In this document: one piece after another, positions 9,091-22,715 of the stretch | Position numbering within the stretch: position 1 is the stretch's first letter | Layout: each line of letters begins with the position of its first letter | The notes under the pieces: generated by a model | Told to the model about the DNA's origin: nothing | Seen by the model: only the letters and a program-made list of their open reading frames with translations | Databases searched by the model: none | Position numbers and translations under genes: made by a program | Origin: Octopus bimaculoides | Taxonomy: Eukaryota | Direction: 5' to 3' | Length of the DNA stretch: 45,875 nt | Assembly (NCBI RefSeq): GCF_001194135.2 | Contig: NC_068986.1 | Span: 17,152,489 to 17,198,363 of the forward strand

Positions 9091-11882
9091 TTGAAGTACA
9101 GCGTATTCTTTTATCTGCTTTTACTTTTTCCGTATATTCTTACAGAACAGCCAAACTCGTTACGTAAAGTCCCCAGACTCTCTACCAATGTTATCATTTT
9201 GCACTTAACTTTTTAAAACTCTTTGCGCCCTTTATCAGCAGTGTTTTCATTAGATACCACTTTTGTTTTGTTTTTTTCCTGCCTTTTCCCTTCACTCTCG
9301 AATCAACTACTTCCTCCTCTTCTTCTTACCTTCTCATATAAAATAGTTTAAACCAACAGACGATCCTCTCACACGGAACTACGCTTCCATGTCCAAACCT
9401 ATGCACTTACCCNNNNNNNNNNNNNNNNNNNNNNNNNNNNNNNNNNNNNNNNNNNNNNNNNNNNNNNNNNNNNNNNNNNNNNNNNNNNNNNNNNNNNNNN
9501 NNNNNNNNNNNNNNNNNNNNNNNNNNNNNNNNNNNNNNNNNNNNNNNNNNNNNNNNNNNNNNNNNNNNNNNNNNNNNNNNNNNNNNNNNNNNNNNNNNNN
9601 NNNNNNNNNNNNNNNNNNNNNNNNNNNNNNNNNNNNNNNNNNNNNNNNNNNNNNNNNNNNNNNNNNNNNNNNNNNNNNNNNNNNNNNNNNNNNNNNNNNN
9701 NNNNNNNNNNNNNNNNNNNNNNNNNNNNNNNNNNNNNNNNNNNNNNNNNNNNNNNNNNNNNNNNNNNNNNNNNNNNNNNNNNNNNNCACACACAAACGCG
9801 CACACACGCACACACACAAACGCACATACACACATATAATAGCAACAAGTATATAGGGGTCAGATGTAAAAGGTTTAATTTGCATATCCTTTGCTTCCCT
9901 TTTAACAGACAACTCCTGAATAGATTAGGAGATTGAACATTGTCTCTTTCTCTTTTTATAAATCACTCATAAATAACACACTTACCTCCCTTTATGGTTC
10001 CCGAATATCCTGTGTATTTCAATGGTGAATTGTTTAAATAAAGGAAATTTGGTTATTCACCTTCCTTTCAGACTGCTAAGTTCTCTCACTGGGTACAATT
10101 ATTCCATTTATAATTCTTCAGTAAACACGAAGAACACAATCGAAAGTCATTTCCAATTAATCCATCGTATAGAATTTTCTTCTTTTATTCTTTAATTTTA
10201 AAATGAACAATCTTGTTACTAACACCGGATCGTCTTTACGTTTTCTTTCTTTTCTTTTTTGCGAACCCTATTTCTCACATTTGACTAAATAAAAGATCTT
10301 GTAGCAGCGTTGTTTAAATTGTTTTGAAATCCTGTCTATATTCTTCTATGATATTCAGGTACACAGAAGAATGCCCAAAATAGCTCAAATGGATATATGA
10401 TAGAATAACTATTTTCGTTGTGGGAAGGATGACCATTTTCACATCTCAAGCAAGAAAATATCGTCATTATTTGCCAACGCAGACCACGGATTTTAATACT
10501 TAACTTCAGTAAGCAAATCGCTTCCTGGCAAGTATTTGAGCGTATTCTTGCCAACAAAGTTTCTCCGTTCTATTGCAAGACAATATGATTTATCAATTGC
10601 GCAATTTTACGAATATAAATATCATTTGCCTTGTATGGAATGTCAAAAACTGGTAAGAATACAAGACTAATATGTCACAACCTAGTGCTATTCCATTATT
10701 TAGAATTTACGAAGATTTAGAGAGCAAGTCGGACATGGTTGGAATGTATCTTTGTTTGTGTTTTTCGTTAGAGTATACTATTTTAAGAGTCGTCAATCAT
10801 AACAAAAAGTGATTGAAATATCCTTTTTATTCCATGTTATGAATCTATCATCCGTTTTATAAAAGACGTTATTCTTTCATTCCTCGATTTTGAATTAGAA
10901 ACTTCTCATCACGGGGAAGGAAAATAAAGGTTAATGGAGACGTATATAGAAGCATACATCCATACATATTATATGGATATACGTTTATGTATATAAGCAA
11001 AGGCATATAGAGATAAATATTTGTTAGTATGTGTGTATATATATATATACGTGCGTGTGTGACGTATTTTTGAGAAAAATATAAATCTGCCTTACTAATA
11101 TTGTAGACGTGTATATTCATGTGTATGTTTGTGTGTGTTTGTGTGGTGTGAATTTATACACGCGACTATGTATGCACAAACACGTTCACACATATATAGA
11201 TGAATGCATGTATGTTGCAGGACATTTCTAAGTGCATCTAAAATATACAACAGCGTCAAAACTAATATGTGTATATATGTTTGCATGATGTATGTATGAA
11301 TGCAAATATGTATGTATGTGCATGCTTAAATTTGAGGAGAAAATAATGATAAAATAGATTTACATGAAGATGATAAAAGTACGAGAGAAACTGAGAAAAG
11401 GAGATAAAGATAGACCCTGTAAGATTGATGGTGTGGTGATGATTAATAACAATAGACGAGAGAATAGTGAGAGAAAGAATATCTGAGAGAAGAAAAGCAA
11501 GCGAGTGAGAAATAAAAACAGGGGTATGAGATTGTCAGATTGCAAAGATCAACAAATGTTGGTCAAAGAATTATTTTAAAATAAAGTGATAGATAGATAG
11601 AGATCACATGGCATAGTAGGTGAGACATATAGAGATAAATAGATGGAGGGAAGGACAGCGAGATAGGGAGAGAGAGGGAAGGGTAAAAAATGTGATGCAG
11701 CGATATGTAATTGATTCAAAATATTTGTGTATGTTTGTGCATGTGTAAAATGGGGGAACTGCAGAGTGAAGTTAACTAAACAAGTTTTGTAAAAATGTGA
11801 CAGAGCCTGAAAAGGAGTGAGAGACAAAAAGACGTGTAAATGAATACAAAACAGAGAGGGAGAATAGAAGGAGAGAAAGCGA

Positions 11883-11885
<3 letters not shown>

Positions 11886-11920
<35 letters not shown>
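11886..11920. repeat. (GA)n repeat in a purine-rich plus-strand region
   Basis: Direct reading. Confidence 0.95.
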
Positions 11921-11924
<4 letters not shown>

Positions 11925-12728
11925 TGAGAGAGCAGGGACTCATAGAAGGATAAGTGAGATTAACTAACAATTTTTAGGCGAGAGACACACTAAGTTGACA
12001 CACACATACACACACATATATATATATTGAGAAAGAGAGAGGGTAGGGTGTGACCTATAAAGTGGGAAGCATATATATAGAGTGAAGAAGAAATAAAATG
12101 CTGCAAAGTGAAACGGAGATAGGTAAATAGTTTACAACAAATCTACTGAATAAGGATAAACATGAAAGAAAGTGAAAGTACATTTCAAAATGGAAGCTGA
12201 ATAAGAAGCAACGACGAAACATACATTTGTCATGCTACAAGCAAGTTATAAAGGTTAAAGTTCGATTCCAAATAGTATTTTCTAGGTGTACTTGTGGAAG
12301 AAATAGGATAGTAAAAACCGAATATATATGTGTATGCACATATNNNNNNNNNNNNNNNNNNNNNNNNNNNNNNNNNNNNNNNNNNNNNNNNNNNNNNNNN
12401 NNNNNNNNNNNNNNNNNNNNNNNNNNNNNNNNNNNNNNNNNNNNNNNNNNNNNNNNNNNNNNNNNNNNNNNNNNNNNNNNNNNNNNNNNNNNNNNNNNNN
12501 NNNNNNNNNNNNNNNNNNNNNNNNNNNNNNNNNNNNNNNNNNNNNNNNNNNNNNNNNNNNNNNNNNNNNNNNNNNNNNNNNNNNNNNNNNNNNNNNNNNN
12601 NNNNNNNNNNNNNNNNNNNNNNNNNNNNNNNNNNNNNNNNNNNNNNNNNNNNNNNNNNNNNNNNNNNNNNNNNNNNNNNNNNNNNNNNNNNNNNNNNNNN
12701 NNNNNNNNNNNNNNNNNNNNNNNNNNNN

Positions 12729-12784
<56 letters not shown>

Positions 12785-12790
12785 ACACAT
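12729..12790. repeat. (CA)n repeat adjoining a gap
   Basis: Direct reading. Confidence 0.95.
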
Positions 12791-13163
12791 TTATATTCCA
12801 ATTTGTACGTGTATGTATATATGTATATATTCAAATTTGTGTTTGCATATATATATATATAAATATATATACACACAGACACACAAATGGAGATATAAGG
12901 AAATGGATGTAGTGGGTAATATTTTGTGATTTAGTTTATTGATACTCGGAGTTTTATACACTTAAGATAAGACTGTGATTGCTTGGCTAACATATAAAAA
13001 TATTATTACTAAGTATAGATATGCACACTCTGCTTGTAATCATGTACATTTGTTTCGTTTGCAAACAAAACCGCATTTGTGTGGGGAATGAACGTGTGTA
13101 TGCATGCATACATACATATACGTGTGTGTGAATATGTGTGCGTCTTTTACCTGTTGCAGATTG

Positions 13164-13194
<31 letters not shown>

Positions 13195-14250
13195 CATCTA
13201 ACTAACGATCAATCGATAGATCGATCAATGTACATGTATATATATATATANNNNNNNNNNNNNNNNNNNNNNNNNNNNNNNNNNNNNNNNNNNNNNNNNN
13301 NNNNNNNNNNNNNNNNNNNNNNNNNNNNNNNNNNNNNNNNNNNNNNNNNNNNNNNNNNNNNNNNNNNNNNNNNNNNNNNNNNNNNNNNNNNNNNNNNNNN
13401 NNNNNNNNNNNNNNNNNNNNNNNNNNNNNNNNNNNNNNNNNNNNNNNNNNNNNNNNNNNNNNNNNNNNNNNNNNNNNNNNNNNNNNNNNNNNNNNNNNNN
13501 NNNNNNNNNNNNNNNNNNNNNNNNNNNNNNNNNNNNNNNNNNNNNNNNNNNNNNNNNNNNNNNNNNNNNNNNNNNNNNNNNNNNNNNNNNNNNNNNNNNN
13601 NNNNNNNNNNNNNNNNNNNNNNNNNNNNNNNNNNNNNNNNNNNNNNNNNNNNNNNNNNNNNNNNNNNNNNNNNNNNNNNNNNNNNNNNNNNNNNNNNNNN
13701 NNNNNNNNNNNNNNNNNNNNNNNNNNNNNNNNNNNNNNNNNNNNNNNNNNNNNNNNNNNNNNNNNNNNNNNNNNNNNNNNNNNNNNNNNNNNNNNNNNNN
13801 NNNNNNNNNNNNNNNNNNNNNNNNNNNNNNNNNNNNNNNNNNNNNNNNNNNNNNNNNNNNNNNNNNNNNNNNNNNNNNNNNNNNNNNNNNNNNNNNNNNN
13901 NNNNNNNNNNNNNNNNNNNNNNNNNNNNNNNNNNNNNNNNNNNNNNNNNNNNNNNNNNNNNNNNNNNNNNNNNNNNNNNNNNNNNNNNNNNNNNNNNNNN
14001 NNNNNNNNNNNNNNNNNNNNNNNNNNNNNNNNNNNNNNNNNNNNNNNNNNNNNNNNNNNNNNNNNNNNNNNNNNNNNNNNNNNNNNNNNNNNNNNNNNNN
14101 NNNNNNNNNNNNNNNNNNNNNNNNNNNNNNNNNNNNNNNNNNNNNNNNNNNNNNNNNNNNNNNNNNNNNNNNNNNNNNNNNNNNNNNNNNNNNNNNNNNN
14201 NNNNNNNNNNNNNNNNNNNNNNNNNNNNNNNNNNNNNNNNNNNNNNNNNN

Positions 14251-14299
<49 letters not shown>

Positions 14300-15274
14300 G
14301 AATTTATTTAAACATTTAAATACATGCGTGGGTGCATGAGTGTGTGCGCACACGAGTGCTTGACTGTAATATCCAAAGATAAGAAAAATGACCCAATTAT
14401 ATGTCCATGTTTGTCACTTGCTACATAATATCATATTCCCTTTTCCTTAAGCGTTCCAATTAATCTAAGAAACTAAGAATTAATTTCTTTAAATTATTTC
14501 TCTTCCTCCCTAATGCCCTGAACTCGCTGTCAGGCTTTTGTTTTCAGTTTTGAACATAAAGCAAGAGATTCCACATCCAGTAATCTAATCATCTATGCAT
14601 ATGCCATACATCTCGGTGAGGTATTTTTAATTTTCGAAATTTCCTTTGGCCTAAAATATACATAATTGTTCTTCTTATATAGAAAAATCTCTTGTACATA
14701 TATGTATGTATGTAAATATATATGTGTGTGAGTATATAAATATATGTATGTGCATATGTATATATATTTTAAAAGATTCAGGCTTACTGCACCCTACTAC
14801 GAGGTCAACTACTGTTCGTAGTTATTCTCTGTTCTTAAACATCAGACAGTTCTTTCCGTAAGCATGTAAATTAATTTAAGACTTTGTTATTAATATCTTG
14901 AAATAATTTTCCCCTCTTCCTGTTTATCACTAACAATCAGATGTCAGTAGATTCTTTTTTACATTTTCTGTCGCCAATGTGGGACAGAGAAATCTGTTAG
15001 GTATAGCATTAAATGTCATTCACTAAGCTATATATGTATACATATATACACACACAGTTACACACATATGATGTGTATGCGTGTATATATATATATATAT
15101 ATNNNNNNNNNNNNNNNNNNNNNNNNNNNNNNNNNNNNNNNNNNNNNNNNNNNNNNNNNNNNNNNNNNNNNNNNNNNNNNNNNNNNNNNNNNNNNNNNNN
15201 NNNNNNNNNNNNNNNNNNNNNNNNNNNNNNNNNNNNNNNNNNNNNNNNNNNNNNNNNNNNNNNNNNNNNNNNNN

Positions 15275-15384
<110 letters not shown>

Positions 15385-15546
15385 TTAGACATATCAGTAT
15401 AAGTCGAATAGTGTTTTTAAATGTAGAGTAGAGCAACGGCACAATTTGGTTACCTGTTGTCATCCGTAATTGTGGTACACTTCCGTTGGCAGCTAGGGAA
15501 ATAGTATTAATTAAGAGGAAATGGATTCGGTATTAAATCTTTATTA

Positions 15547-15592
15547 GGTATAGCATATGTTTCGACCCATCTGTCTGGGTCTCATCAGGTAC
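15547..15592 (-). ncRNA. Near-canonical minimal type I hammerhead ribozyme motif (HHR-4)
   Basis: Minus strand: GTA-C-CTGATGA-GACCCA-GACAGA-TGGGTC-GAAA-CATATG-CTA-TAC. Intact core (15582-15588), perfect 6-bp stem II starting G-C, intact GAAA, palindromic CATATG stem III, AATAAA shortly downstream. Stems I and III each carry one extra C. Confidence 0.65.
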
Positions 15593-16706
15593 ATCGATAC
15601 AAATATGTCTCACTACAGATTTTTAGTGTCGGCTGACTTGTTGTTATATCTCCATCAAGTTAAGGAATATATAATCCGCCTACTTGTATGCGCGCGCGAG
15701 CGTGTTTAAATAGGTATCTATATATACGCATATATGTATATATATATATATGTGTGTATGCGTGTGTATGTATATATAGTTGGCACATATGGTATGTTAG
15801 TGTAGATGAAGAAAATACCTCAAAACTATGCTAAAATACTTTTGTGTGTATTTGTGGGTCTATGACATAGCCATCGGTGAAAATGTCCGGTGTTGTATCA
15901 AAAATGCAATTTAGATACTTCGTAAATGGATTAATGAGATATATACAAGAATAGAATTGAAACTGCTGTATCTGTTTCCTAGTCGTAGGTATTTTCTAAA
16001 TCTATTTACCACTTCAAAGTGATGCACCAGAATGGAGATATGCACTGATCGATGTCACTCTGTTACATACGACAGAAGTAGTATTAGATTAAAATAGCCA
16101 TCTGTGTATCATAGTCACTGTTAATACATAGCAAAAAGTCTCCGATGCATCTTGTGTTTTTAAAGGCAACGCGTACTAGAGCGATATTATCTTCGTACCA
16201 ATGTCATAGTATATTTGGCTGCTCATAATGTATTTACATTGTGTATGATACACTGATAGCTATATACATACTCATACACGCATACATATATATGTATGTA
16301 TGCATATAGAATACATACATATGTGTATGCATATATATATATATATATANNNNNNNNNNNNNNNNNNNNNNNNNNNNNNNNNNNNNNNNNNNNNNNNNNN
16401 NNNNNNNNNNNNNNNNNNNNNNNNNNNNNNNNNNNNNNNNNNNNNNNNNNNNNNNNNNNNNNNNNNNNNNNNNNNNNNNNNNNNNNNNNNNNNNNNNNNN
16501 NNNNNNNNNNNNNNNNNNNNNNNNNNNNNNNNNNNNNNNNNNNNNNNNNNNNNNNNNNNNNNNNNNNNNNNNNNNNNNNNNNNNNNNNNNNNNNNNNNNN
16601 NNNNNNNNNNNNNNNNNNNNNNNNNNNNNNNNNNNNNNNNNNNNNNNNNNNNNNNNNNNNNNNNNNNNNNNNNNNNNNNNNNNNNNNNNNNNNNNNNNNN
16701 NNNNNN

Positions 16707-16742
<36 letters not shown>

Positions 16743-17964
16743 GCATTCATATGCAGAACGTGAGCATGCGTGCGAATGCGCACGTGTGTGTGTATCGAAG
16801 TAAATCAATTTAGGTGATATTAAATTATTCATAGCTAATTTCATTGCAACCGAATAGTCTATGAAGAGATATTAAGATACAGAATGGACATTGATTGCTT
16901 GTGACATATAAGCAAATTGGTTGTTAATCATAAATGATAAGGAAATAGATAAATCTCAAAAACAAGAATATCTGTCTTAAGAAAGTCTAAGTGTAAGTCT
17001 ATCATAAGCCAAGGAAGCTATTACAGTAAATATACTGAGTCTTCTTTATGTGATAGCCCTATGTCCATAATATTTACACATATGTGTGTGTGTGTGTGTG
17101 TGTGTGTGTATGCGCATGCATGTATATAACTATATATATTTGTACACACACACACACACACACACACACATTCACACGCACATACTCTCTGACTTAATAA
17201 TAGAAACACAAACTAAATGGAGTGTAAAATTGCAGTATCGTTGTTTTTGTTTTAGCAAGTGTTTTTATAGTTGATTTTTTCGTTATTGTTGTTGCTGTTC
17301 TGCTCGAATGCTTTCTGATGTGTTCCAGTCTTGAATCTTCAGCTTTTTTTAGTAGCCAAGATTCTGCTACTTTTTCAAATGGATCCCGTAGCGAATCTAG
17401 TGCGCGAGCTGCCTGAGCCTGTCTTTGGGCTTTCTATCCTCTCTTGTGGAACTTAAGTCCATACATAATTATTGAGCAGATTGAAAATTCCGTCTCCTTT
17501 AAAGCGTTGCCTAGAGCGGACCTACTTTTGTTCCCTTTGGCTCCCTAAATTCGCTACTGAATGCGTCCTTCCATTTACCCTTGTCCCTGCAAGTTCCATA
17601 AATACATATATCCTATATATTCTACTAAATTATGAAATTGGTTAACGTTTTCTATTTCCATATTCATTTGAAAAATCATAAGAGTGAAACATGATGTAGA
17701 TCGTAACGTATCTATTGAATAGATTAATTTTAAATTGTCATCGTTTTAGCAACTTCAGGGCGGCTATATCTTAAATATTGAGAGACCATGTACAGAAATC
17801 GTCATTGGATTGTGTGATACGATGTCTCGTGGAAAGAATAAAGCATTTCTTTCAGTTAATTTAGTGGCATTCAGTGTCACATCTTCAACCGGAAAGAAAA
17901 ATATGTCTAAGTTATGGCTGCCTTTTGATATTTTCACATTATCGAATACTATTACTGGTTGCTT

Positions 17965-18152
17965 TCATGTTGCCGAACACAAGTGTTTTGCAGTATTTCG
18001 TCTGTCGTTACGTTCTAAGTTCAAATTCCGCCGAGGTCGAATTTGCCTTTTATCCTTTCGGGTCGATAAATTAAGTACCAGTTGCGTACTGGGATCGATG
18101 TAATCGACTATCCCCCCGTCCTAATTTCAAGCCTTGTGCCTATAGCAGAAGA
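17965..18152 (+). mobile_element. tRNA-derived SINE family A, 5'-degenerate
   Basis: gtatttcgtctgtcgttacgttctaagttcaaattccgccgaggtcgaatttgccttttatcctttcgggtcgataaattaagtaccagttg ... gccttgtgcctatagcagaaga is colinear with the 28568 copy. Confidence 0.9.
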
Positions 18153-19725
18153 TACTAAGCAACTTGAATTCCATTACTCAAGTTTCCAAGCCTTTGCAGG
18201 AGTGAAAAAATGTTATTTAGTTGTGATTTGGTTGCTATTTTATGCTCCCACGTATTGTTGTCCTATCACTAGACCTATTTTAAAATATTTTCCAGTCGTG
18301 AATATCGCGCATTTTTATATATCTTGTTTGAAACATACTCTTGTTATAAAACAACACTCTCAAACCATATATGGAATTTAAGGAAAAACAATATATGGTT
18401 ATTGATGTATTTCAGGATGGTCAGTCCTTTTACTTTATAAATAAACACACGCATCATAGTGGTCTTCCCAAAATATAACAATATCTGTTCCAACACACGA
18501 TTTAAGATTAGGAATCGTGCAAAACAAATTCATAAACGTAGTACATGGTTGTAAATTAAGCAACACTGGAAAATGTGACATTCTTTTAATTAAATAACGA
18601 AAATTACGCCTCATTAAAAACTGCACTCGCTAAGCAAAAGAAAAAGGTAACTACAAGCTGAAAACACATAAATTAAACTAAAAAATATATAAACTGATCC
18701 CGAGTGTATGCAGGGTAGACATCCACTTGAGATTTAGCGATGGAAATAGGAGAAGCTTCTTAATACCCGCTGCAACAAAAAAAAAAAAAAGGAAGAATTT
18801 TAACATATAAGAGTATAGACTATAGAATACGTTAGCCATTTGAATATTTGAAATTATCTTTAGCGATATCTAATGTAAAACAATTTATGAAGTAAACTAA
18901 ATCAGAATTTTCGACTTAAAGGATATGATGACTAAATAAACACGCAAATAAAAGACAACCACCAATCTAGCCAATAAAAACGAGAAGCAAATTAATACCT
19001 AAATAAATCAATATCTGATGACGTAACTGACAGGTAGATACACGGAAACTAGTGAAGCGAGTAATGATAAGCGATAAGTAAATAAAGAACGACTCTGGCA
19101 AATAATTAGTGATTTAGCAAAAATACAATATATGATTAAGCAACAGAGAGGCAGAGACAGGGGAATTGCTAAAGTGATCAATGAAGAGCCGTAGACACAT
19201 ACAAGATTTTTAGATAAACAGGATATGATTACGGAATCGAGAATCAAAACTAGTGCCATATTGACCATAGAAAAAAAGGAAAATACAACTAAAAAGAATA
19301 AAGATTTGAAAAGACGTAAGTTATTTAAGACTAAAGTGAGAACCAGGATATAGTAGCGAAGTCAACCAATGAAAAGAGAAAAAAACTCAACGAAATGGCA
19401 ACTGAATCGCGACGCCTTAACAAAGGAATATTAAGAGATCAACCAGAAAAAGAAACACTGCAGTGCAGAAAATAATGTTGCGGCCCCCACCCCACCGATA
19501 AAATATTAGTATAAATACAACCCCATCAGTTTAAACGATGATCGTAGACGTATGGAATTGTGGTGTAAGACAAATGATTTAGTTAACACGATAACCATAC
19601 TGTCAACTATTTTCTCTTATTCTACTGAATACTATTTTCTCTTATTTTTTGACAAACTGGAACTTTTGAAGAACTGCACACACGTTCACACACGCACGTA
19701 TACCTTTTAATACTTATCTAGTTAA

Positions 19726-19741
19726 CAACAACAACAACAAC

Positions 19742-19797
<56 letters not shown>

Positions 19798-19815
19798 TAA
19801 TAATAACAATAATGT
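19726..19815. repeat. (AAC)n-(AAT)n microsatellite
   Basis: Direct reading. Confidence 0.95.
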
Positions 19816-20162
19816 GAATATATATATATGTATATATATGTATATATATATANNNNNNNNNNNNNNNNNNNNNNNNNNNNNNNNNNNNNNNNNNNNNNNN
19901 NNNNNNNNNNNNNNNNNNNNNNNNNNNNNNNNNNNNNNNNNNNNNNNNNNNNNNNNNNNNNNNNNNNNNNNNNNNNNNNNNNNNNNNNNNNNNNNNNNNN
20001 NNNNNNNNNNNNNNNNNNNNNNNNNNNNNNNNNNNNNNNNNNNNNNNNNNNNNNNNNNNNNNNNNNNNNNNNNNNNNNNNNNNNNNNNNNNNNNNNNNNN
20101 NNNNNTATATATATATATTTATATATATACATATACACATTTATATATAGTTGAAGTTTACA

Positions 20163-20300
20163 GAAAAGCAAAAGACGCACACAGGTGTATGAGCAACAAG
20201 CAGGTGTATTAGTTCTGACGCTCGGGAAATTGAGAAAGTCTTTTACGTTTCGAGCTTATACTCTTCAGCAGAAATGAATAAGAGAAAATAAACAGGGAAT
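20163..20300 (-). mobile_element. ~140-bp hammerhead-bearing repeat, copy 2 of 3 (probable PLE-derived)
   Basis: Reverse complement aligns by eye with 7785-7930 and with the reverse complement of 38135-38285 (gaagag...gctcgaaacgt.aaagacttt...gagcgt...ctaatac...ctgt). Confidence 0.75.
20240..20275 (-). ncRNA. Minimal hammerhead-like motif, variant-core family (HHR-3b)
   Basis: Minus strand: ATTT-CTGCTGA-A-GAGT-ATAA-GCTC-GAAAC-GTA-AAAG. GUA triplet; stem II keeps pairing through a U.G wobble. Confidence 0.6.
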
Positions 20301-20330
20301 AAAAAAAACTTGCGGATATATACATATATC

Positions 20331-20361
<31 letters not shown>

Positions 20362-20545
20362 TGATCTATTGAGTAGTATCCTTTTTCTCTGTCAAACCTG
20401 CTTAAATATTTATTTGTGTTTTAAAATGTACACTTTTAAATATCTATGTGTGTATATATATTCATAAAGAAAGAACGCTATACAAATACTTACACATGCA
20501 TGCACATACACACATACACACACACACATACACACATACAAACAT

Positions 20546-20590
20546 AAGCATTTCGCCCGGCGTGCTAACGTTTCTGCTAGTTCGCCGCCT
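20546..20590 (-). mobile_element. 5' fragment (45 bp) of SINE family A
   Basis: Reverse complement aggcggcgaactagcagaaacgttagcacgccgggcgaaatgctt is the SINE A head. Confidence 0.85.
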
Positions 20591-20591
20591 T

Positions 20592-20703
<112 letters not shown>

Positions 20704-21116
20704 ACTAGCTATTTAAAGTGATTTATCATTTAATTACAAATCTAATCACAGTTATATAATCACAGTCAGCGTCTTCCCTCAAATGCCCATTCCAATGCTT
20801 GAAGTGGCTTCAGTGAAACACCCTGTAGACTAAGCCATTAGGGAGTCATATGACAGCTAGATATAGGCAGCATATATATCCTTTCAGCACCACATTTAAT
20901 GCATGTAATAACGATCGTTTGGCTGTTAAGTTACTCGGAATTCTAACCTCATTGATTTCTGAACATTGTCTGAAAGTACTTGCTTTTAGTTACATTACAA
21001 TATTTTCTTGTCTCGTACGGTGTCACGTGACTGTGGTGACGTTTGATGTGTGCGTTGCTGCAGCTGAAGAAGTTGGAAGCTTAGATCTTATATTGCATTT
21101 TGCTGTTTACTCTATC

Positions 21117-21270
21117 AGAGATCTCGCAGGATCGCTAGCACGTCGGATAAAATGCTTAGGGTAATATATAACGGCTGTTTGCGTTCTTGGTTCAAATTCC
21201 ACCTAGGTCAACTTTGCCTTTCATCCCTCCGAGGTTGATAAATTAAAGTATCAGTAATGTCCTGGGGTCA
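21117..21270 (+). mobile_element. SINE family A, degenerate
   Basis: gctagcacgtcggataaaatgcttagggta ... ggttcaaattccacctaggtcaactttgcctttcatccctccgaggttgataaattaaagtatcag. Confidence 0.85.
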
Positions 21271-22642
21271 CTGTTACCCGAACTTAAAAACATGCTAGCC
21301 TTCAACCCTGCAGCGGACAGGGGTAATATTGTGATCGCGGATACTTATACGTCACGGAAACCGAGTAAACAGCCATATGAATCCTAGAACCCGGGGGAAA
21401 AAATCTAAATCTATATTTGTATGTTTGTGGTTTCTTTTCAGCAATTGTGATTGAACAAAGCTAGTTATTCTTCCGGACTGAAGATATTGTAGGATGAAAT
21501 TTCAATAATCCTCGAATTGAGTTCAAACTGTGATGATGGAGACATGAAATAACAATCCCAAATTAAGTGAGCTCCAGTCGAAAAATGAACGCTCTTTTGT
21601 AAGGTTGATACAGTGGAAAGAGAGAAGGATATTTCGTGGTGATTTCTGTGACGTCCGAAGCTGGCAGTGAGTTCCAGTCACACAGAGAATTTCTATAATT
21701 TCTGCTACTTCTGTTAAGTACTACATACATAACTGCAGTATATAGATTGTTGATTTAATCTTCTGTAATCCCCGTCTTATAGATTATTAATCAATAACGC
21801 GATAGTTTTATTCCGAAATATTATTCTTAGCTAATGTTTGTCTGATAAGATGATTTCCTGCTTTCTAATCTCTACTTTGTTCTTTAGCTCTTTTGTATTC
21901 CTTCATCTATATTCTTCAGTTCTGTTGTGTCCTTTTCTCTATATAACTTATCAGCTAATTTTCCACACCTGTTCTTCCTCCACTGATCCTCAGCTTCAAG
22001 GAATCCACTACACTAACCTATCTTTTTCTTGTAGTTTTCCAAAGAGACAATCAGTCGTGTCAATCGAACTCGTATCCATGTATCTGCAAGGCCACGAGTG
22101 CACACAGCCACTTATTTCAGAGAAACGACAACAACAACAACAACAGACCTTTATACTGCAAAGCCAACACAAGCCAAAACAGAAGAAAAAAAACGCAAAC
22201 AAACGTCTCTGATGTATTTCGCTATAGCTTAGACAAGGTTGTTTCTACTAAATTAGAATAACTTTTACTGAACAGAGCTGGTTTCTAATTATATTGATAT
22301 ATTGAATGCTAGTAGTTTTATTTTCCATCTCTTTGTATTGCAGCCTTTTTTTCAACAGGTCAAAATAAATATAACTCTTATAGCTTTGTAACACCAATAT
22401 TCAGACGGCCTGGCCTATGACATTCAACAGTTCAAATGTAAATTTACGTCGAACAACATATACATATATACTCTGAAATATATCAAAATGACTTCTAGAC
22501 TCAGACAAAGCTTTTAATGGTCAGTGCTTATCGCTAGTTCGAAAATATTAAGCCGATGACAGATAGCACAACACAAGAAGTCCAAAATATATTCCAAAAT
22601 TTAATAGATGAAGGGTATATAATTTTTCTCTTTCTTCCCCCT

Positions 22643-22644
<2 letters not shown>

Positions 22645-22714
<70 letters not shown>

Positions 22715-22715
22715 A
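22645..22715. repeat. (ATCT)n repeat
   Basis: Direct reading. Confidence 0.95.
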
